This document shows positions 60,499 to 64,000 of a DNA stretch of 64,000 bases, piece after piece; the stretch's first letter is position 1, and the number at the start of each line of letters is the position of its first letter. Position numbers and translations under genes: made by a program. Source of the DNA: Marinicella sp. (GTDB taxonomy: Bacteria; Pseudomonadota; Gammaproteobacteria; Xanthomonadales; Marinicellaceae); NCBI GenBank assembly GCA_965230295.1, contig OZ246001.1:3872001-3936000 (forward strand), given 5' to 3'. A model generated the notes under the pieces. It was not told where the DNA came from and ran no database searches. It worked only from the letters and a program-made list of their open reading frames with translations.

Positions 60499-61007
60499 GA
60501 TGTTCTGGAAATTGTGTTGGTGCGTTTGATTTTTTTCTGCAATTGTAAAATGCCATAAATCAAAGCTTCTGCTGTTGGCGGACAGCCTGGTACATAGACA
60601 TCAACAGGCACAACTTTGTCACAACCACGAACCACAGAATACGAATAATGATAATAACCACCACCATTGGCACAAGAACCCATTGAAATCACATATTTTG
60701 GTTCAGGCATTTGGTCATAAACTTTACGCAATGCAGGCGCCATTTTGTTCACCAAAGTCCCGGCAACAATCATCACATCTGACTGTCTGGGAGAAGGTCT
60801 GAAAATCACTCCGAACCTATCTAAATCGTACCTTGAAGCTCCCGCTTGCATCATCTCTACAGCACAACAAGCCAACCCGAATGTCATGGGCCACAAAGAA
60901 CCCGTTCTGGCACCATTTAACAGCGCATCTACAGTGGTGGTAACAAAACCTTTGTTTTCAAAACCTTGGTCTTCTACCGGTTGAATGATGTTATCAACTA
61001 CTCCCAT
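60495..61007 (-). CDS. nuoB: NADH-quinone oxidoreductase subunit B
   Basis: [20 protein letters not shown]; start MGVV at 61007. Confidence 0.97.
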   Translation of the reverse strand: MGVVDNIIQPVEDQGFENKGFVTTTVDALLNGARTGSLWPMTFGLACCAVEMMQAGASRYDLDRFGVIFRPSPRQSDVMIVAGTLVNKMAPALRKVYDQMPEPKYVISMGSCANGGGYYHYSYSVVRGCDKVVPVDVYVPGCPPTAEALIYGILQLQKKIKRTNTISRTS

Positions 61008-61354
61008 TCTAACGCTCCTTTCTTCCACTCATAGATGAATCCGATGACCAACAAAAGCAGGAAGATAAACATAGAAACCAAGCCAAATGGACCGAGTTCT
61101 TCAAGAACCACAGACCAAGGAAACAAAAAGGCGATTTCTAAATCAAATATAATGAATAAAATGGCAACCAAATAAAACCTGACATCAAATTTCATGTGCG
61201 CATCGTCAAATGCTTCAAACCCGCATTCATAAGCTGAAATTTTTTCATCTGTGGTTTTGCGGGTGCCGAACAGCAAACCCAAGGACATCAAAGCAATGCC
61301 CAAACCAATGGATACTGCCAAGAACATTAAAATTGGAAAGTATGGTGCTATCAT
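60998..61354 (-). CDS. nuoA: NADH-quinone oxidoreductase subunit A
   Basis: [19 protein letters not shown]. Confidence 0.97.
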   Translation of the reverse strand: MIAPYFPILMFLAVSIGLGIALMSLGLLFGTRKTTDEKISAYECGFEAFDDAHMKFDVRFYLVAILFIIFDLEIAFLFPWSVVLEELGPFGLVSMFIFLLLLVIGFIYEWKKGALEWE

Positions 61355-61381
61355 TCAGCCATCCCCTGTTCAATTTAAAAT

Positions 61382-61467
61382 TGGTGCCGAAGGCCGGACT
61401 TGAACCGGCACGACCGAAGGTCACTACCCCCTCAAGATAGCGTGTCTACCAATTCCACCACTTCGGC
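61382..61467 (-). tRNA. tRNA-Leu (anticodon GAG)
   Basis: Minus strand GCCGAAGTGGTGGAATTGGTAGACACGCTATCTTGAGGGGGTAG...GGTTCAAGTCC...CTTCGGCACCA; long variable arm, encoded CCA; usual secG-tRNA-Leu-nuoA position. Confidence 0.97.
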
Positions 61468-61685
61468 ACATAAATCAACTCGATCAACTACTTCGAGTTT
61501 AACTACTCAGTCATATTTTTATTGTAATCATGTACTCTGTTCACCTGAATTCTTTCACCTTATCTAGCAAAAGAAGGTCACAGCGCACAAAATTTAATTT
61601 CACTCTATTCGCAACCACACGCAACCTTTTGCGGAAAGTGCGAACTGTAAGCCCCGTATGGAGCTTAATCGGTAACTGTTTTCAG

Positions 61686-62189
61686 TTAGTTACCATCACC
61701 ATCTGAATCAGTTGATTCAGTATCATCTTGTTCAGTTTCTTCAACAACTTCTGGTAATTCTTCGTCAACTTTACTCATCGCAGGCTCGACCGCATCATCA
61801 GTAATTTCTGTTGTGGTGGCCGCATCTGTAACCACATCATTCAAATCAGTTTGAACCTCATCAGTTGGAACCATCACAGGCTCGGCATCCAAATCATCTA
61901 AAGTTCCCATCACTCCCAAATCTTGCTCTGCCTGATCACCAGTAGAAGCAAATTTATTGCTGGCATTGATGGCAATTGTCATGGTAACAATGAAGAATGC
62001 TGTGGCTAAAATCGCAGTGGTTTTGCTCAAAAAAGAAGCTGAACCTTTGGCACCAAAAACAGTTCCTGATGCGCCACTACCAAAAGCAGATCCAGCCGTG
62101 GCACCCGGGCCGCGCTGAATTAAAATAAAAATTATCAAAGCGACCGCTACAATCACTTGAATGATGTTCAAAAAATTAATTTCGCTCAT
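61686..62189 (-). CDS. secG: Preprotein translocase subunit SecG (long acidic tail)
   Basis: ILIQRGPGA..GSAFGSGASGTVFG; two TM helices; downstream of tpiA. Confidence 0.93.
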   Translation of the reverse strand: MSEINFLNIIQVIVAVALIIFILIQRGPGATAGSAFGSGASGTVFGAKGSASFLSKTTAILATAFFIVTMTIAINASNKFASTGDQAEQDLGVMGTLDDLDAEPVMVPTDEVQTDLNDVVTDAATTTEITDDAVEPAMSKVDEELPEVVEETEQDDTESTDSDGDGN

Positions 62190-62193
62190 TTCT

Positions 62194-62979
62194 TTATACT
62201 CCTTGAGACAACTTGTCAGCTTGTTGACAAATGGCCATAAAATCTTTTGCTGTTAATGAAGCACCTCCAATCAGTCCACCATCAACATCTGGCATCGAAA
62301 ACAGTTCGTATGCATTGGAACCTTTACAACTTCCTCCATAGAGGATGCGGATTCGGCGCGCTATTGTATCATCATTCAATGCCAATTGAGAACGGATAAA
62401 TTCATGAACTTCCTGAGCCTGTTCAGCACTGGCTGTTTCACCTGTTCCAATGGCCCAAACTGGCTCATATGCAACCACTCCCTGGGCCAGTTTTTCAATG
62501 CCTACCAAGTCCAAAACTGACTTGATTTGTTGCCACACCACTTCAAAAGTACTGCCATTTTGTCTTTCAACCAAGGATTCACCCACACACAATATTGGGG
62601 TCAAACCAAACTTCAATGCTTGGGCAAATTTTTTCGCCACTTCTTCATTGCTTTCAGCGTGCATTACACGACGCTCTGAATGCCCGACCAGAACCATCTC
62701 ACAACCCAGATCAGACAACATACTGGCGCTGACTTCTCCGGTCACAGCACCGTCGTCATATTCACTTAAGTTTTGTGCACCACACTGCACTTGACCGGGC
62801 TTGCTGTTGATGACCTCATGCAAGTGTATGTAAACTGGAAACACTGCCACATCATAGGGTGGTTTTTGGGGTAGCATTTTATCCAATCCAGCCATCATTT
62901 CCTTGACGAAGGTCAATGAACCATGCATTTTCCAGTTACCAGCCACTAAAATCCTGCGTTGTAGACTCACATCATTCAT
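62194..62979 (-). CDS. tpiA: Triosephosphate isomerase
   Basis: AGNWKMH, GHSERR, AYEPVWAIGTG, YGGS, GGASL; start at 62979 overlapping the gyrA stop. Confidence 0.98.
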   Translation of the reverse strand: MNDVSLQRRILVAGNWKMHGSLTFVKEMMAGLDKMLPQKPPYDVAVFPVYIHLHEVINSKPGQVQCGAQNLSEYDDGAVTGEVSASMLSDLGCEMVLVGHSERRVMHAESNEEVAKKFAQALKFGLTPILCVGESLVERQNGSTFEVVWQQIKSVLDLVGIEKLAQGVVAYEPVWAIGTGETASAEQAQEVHEFIRSQLALNDDTIARRIRILYGGSCKGSNAYELFSMPDVDGGLIGGASLTAKDFMAICQQADKLSQGV

Positions 62980-64000
62980 CGCCAGAGCCTTCATCAATCG
63001 ATGTTTCGTCTGCGACAGAGTCTTCACCATCAACCCCTTCTTCGTCTAAATTCACCACTTTGGCAATACTGACCAAGCTTTCTTTATCAGCCAAACGAAT
63101 CAGTGTCACACCTTGGGTGTTTCTTCCAACGGTCGAGATGCCATCAACCGCAGTGCGAACCAAAGTACCACCATTGCTGATCAACATAATCTGGTCATCA
63201 GGCAGCACTTGACAGGCACCAACCACAGCACCATTGCGCTCACTGGTTTGAATGGCAATCACCCCTTGGCCAGATCTTCTTATTTTTGAGAACTCTTCTA
63301 ATTTGGTTTGTTTACCAAAGCCATTTTCGGTACATACCAGAACATTGCCCTCTTCGGCCACAAACATAGAAACCACTTTGTGGTCATCTTTCAAGGTGAT
63401 ACCCCTGACTCCCCGAGCCGTTCGTCCCATTGAACGCACATCATTCTCATCAAAGCGAATGCATTTTCCTGAACTAGAGAACAAAAAGACATCTTGCGAA
63501 CCATTGGTCAATTCAACATTGACCAAATAGTCATCATCCAACAAACCCAAACCAATGATGCCATTCGCACGAGGTCTGGAGAAGTTCGACAAAGGCGTTT
63601 TCTTAACCACACCTTTGGCAGTGGCAAAGAATACAAATTTATCTTCATCGTATTCACGTACAGGCAGAATGGCAGTGATTTTTTCATTTTTATCCAATGG
63701 CAGTAAATTCACCAACGGCTTACCTCTGGCTGTCCTTGACGCCATCGGCAACTCGTACACTTTAAGCCAGTAAACCTGCCCCTGATTACTGAAACACAAT
63801 AAGGTGTCATGGGTGTTGGCAATCCACAGTCGTTCGATGAAATCCTCATTTTTCATGGCAGTGGCAGATTTCCCCTTACCACCACGGGTTTGAGCCCGAT
63901 AGACATCAACTTGTTGCATTTTGGCGTAGCCTTCGTGCGACAGGGTAACCACTACATCTTCTTCAATGATCAAATCTTCCATGGTCAAATGACGCTGGCG
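62972..64000 (-). CDS. gyrA: DNA gyrase subunit A, C-terminal part (5'-truncated by window edge)
   Basis: GyrA-box QTRGGKG, beta-pinwheel repeats (GRTARGV, GRNTQGV), acidic tail. Confidence 0.96.
   Translation of the reverse strand, partial: RQRHLTMEDLIIEEDVVVTLSHEGYAKMQQVDVYRAQTRGGKGKSATAMKNEDFIERLWIANTHDTLLCFSNQGQVYWLKVYELPMASRTARGKPLVNLLPLDKNEKITAILPVREYDEDKFVFFATAKGVVKKTPLSNFSRPRANGIIGLGLLDDDYLVNVELTNGSQDVFLFSSSGKCIRFDENDVRSMGRTARGVRGITLKDDHKVVSMFVAEEGNVLVCTENGFGKQTKLEEFSKIRRSGQGVIAIQTSERNGAVVGACQVLPDDQIMLISNGGTLVRTAVDGISTVGRNTQGVTLIRLADKESLVSIAKVVNLDEEGVDGEDSVADETSIDEGSGDE

Noticed and set aside
61355-61467. tRNA-Leu as an integration site
   Set aside because: nuoA follows within 30 nt; no integrase or duplicated tRNA 3' end is seen
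1-64000. CRISPR arrays, IS elements, prophage, known defence systems, and the many short overlapping ORFs
   Set aside because: No repeat-spacer periodicity or transposase, integrase or phage motifs found by eye; the short ORFs are off-frame or antisense shadows of well-supported genes

Overview
Core chromosomal region of a gammaproteobacterium. Gene order (tpiA-secG-tRNA-Leu-nuoA..N; hemA-prfA) and a secreted protein with a C-terminal DxIF/WxNGF motif suggest a Marinicella/Xanthomonadales-like marine lineage (inference). The window is mostly housekeeping: glnS, apaH, pyrE, xth, kefGB, rlmD, ihfB-rpsA-aroA/cmk-hisC, hemN, gltBD, hemA-prfA, purEK, the 14-gene nuo operon, secG, tpiA and the 3' end of gyrA. 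A partial nnrS at 1-1047 is missing from the ORF track. I saw no mobile element, prophage or CRISPR array. Main observations: (1) prfA (RF1) is split by a +1 frameshift at codon 26 (CCC-C), although many genes here end in TAG; this is either an assembly error or unusual recoding. (2) An RclR-like AraC gene has no canonical start codon and faces a cupredoxin-like gene. (3) An orphan fused E1 alpha/beta 2-oxoacid dehydrogenase is coupled to glutaryl-CoA dehydrogenase and an adenylate cyclase-FHA gene, followed by xpaC-telA-kefGB. (4) Three FNR-family boxes lie upstream of nnrS, usp and hemN. (5) gltBD looks Bacteroidota-like. (6) There is a stand-alone BarA/GacS-like REC-Hpt protein and a candidate C-terminal sorting motif.
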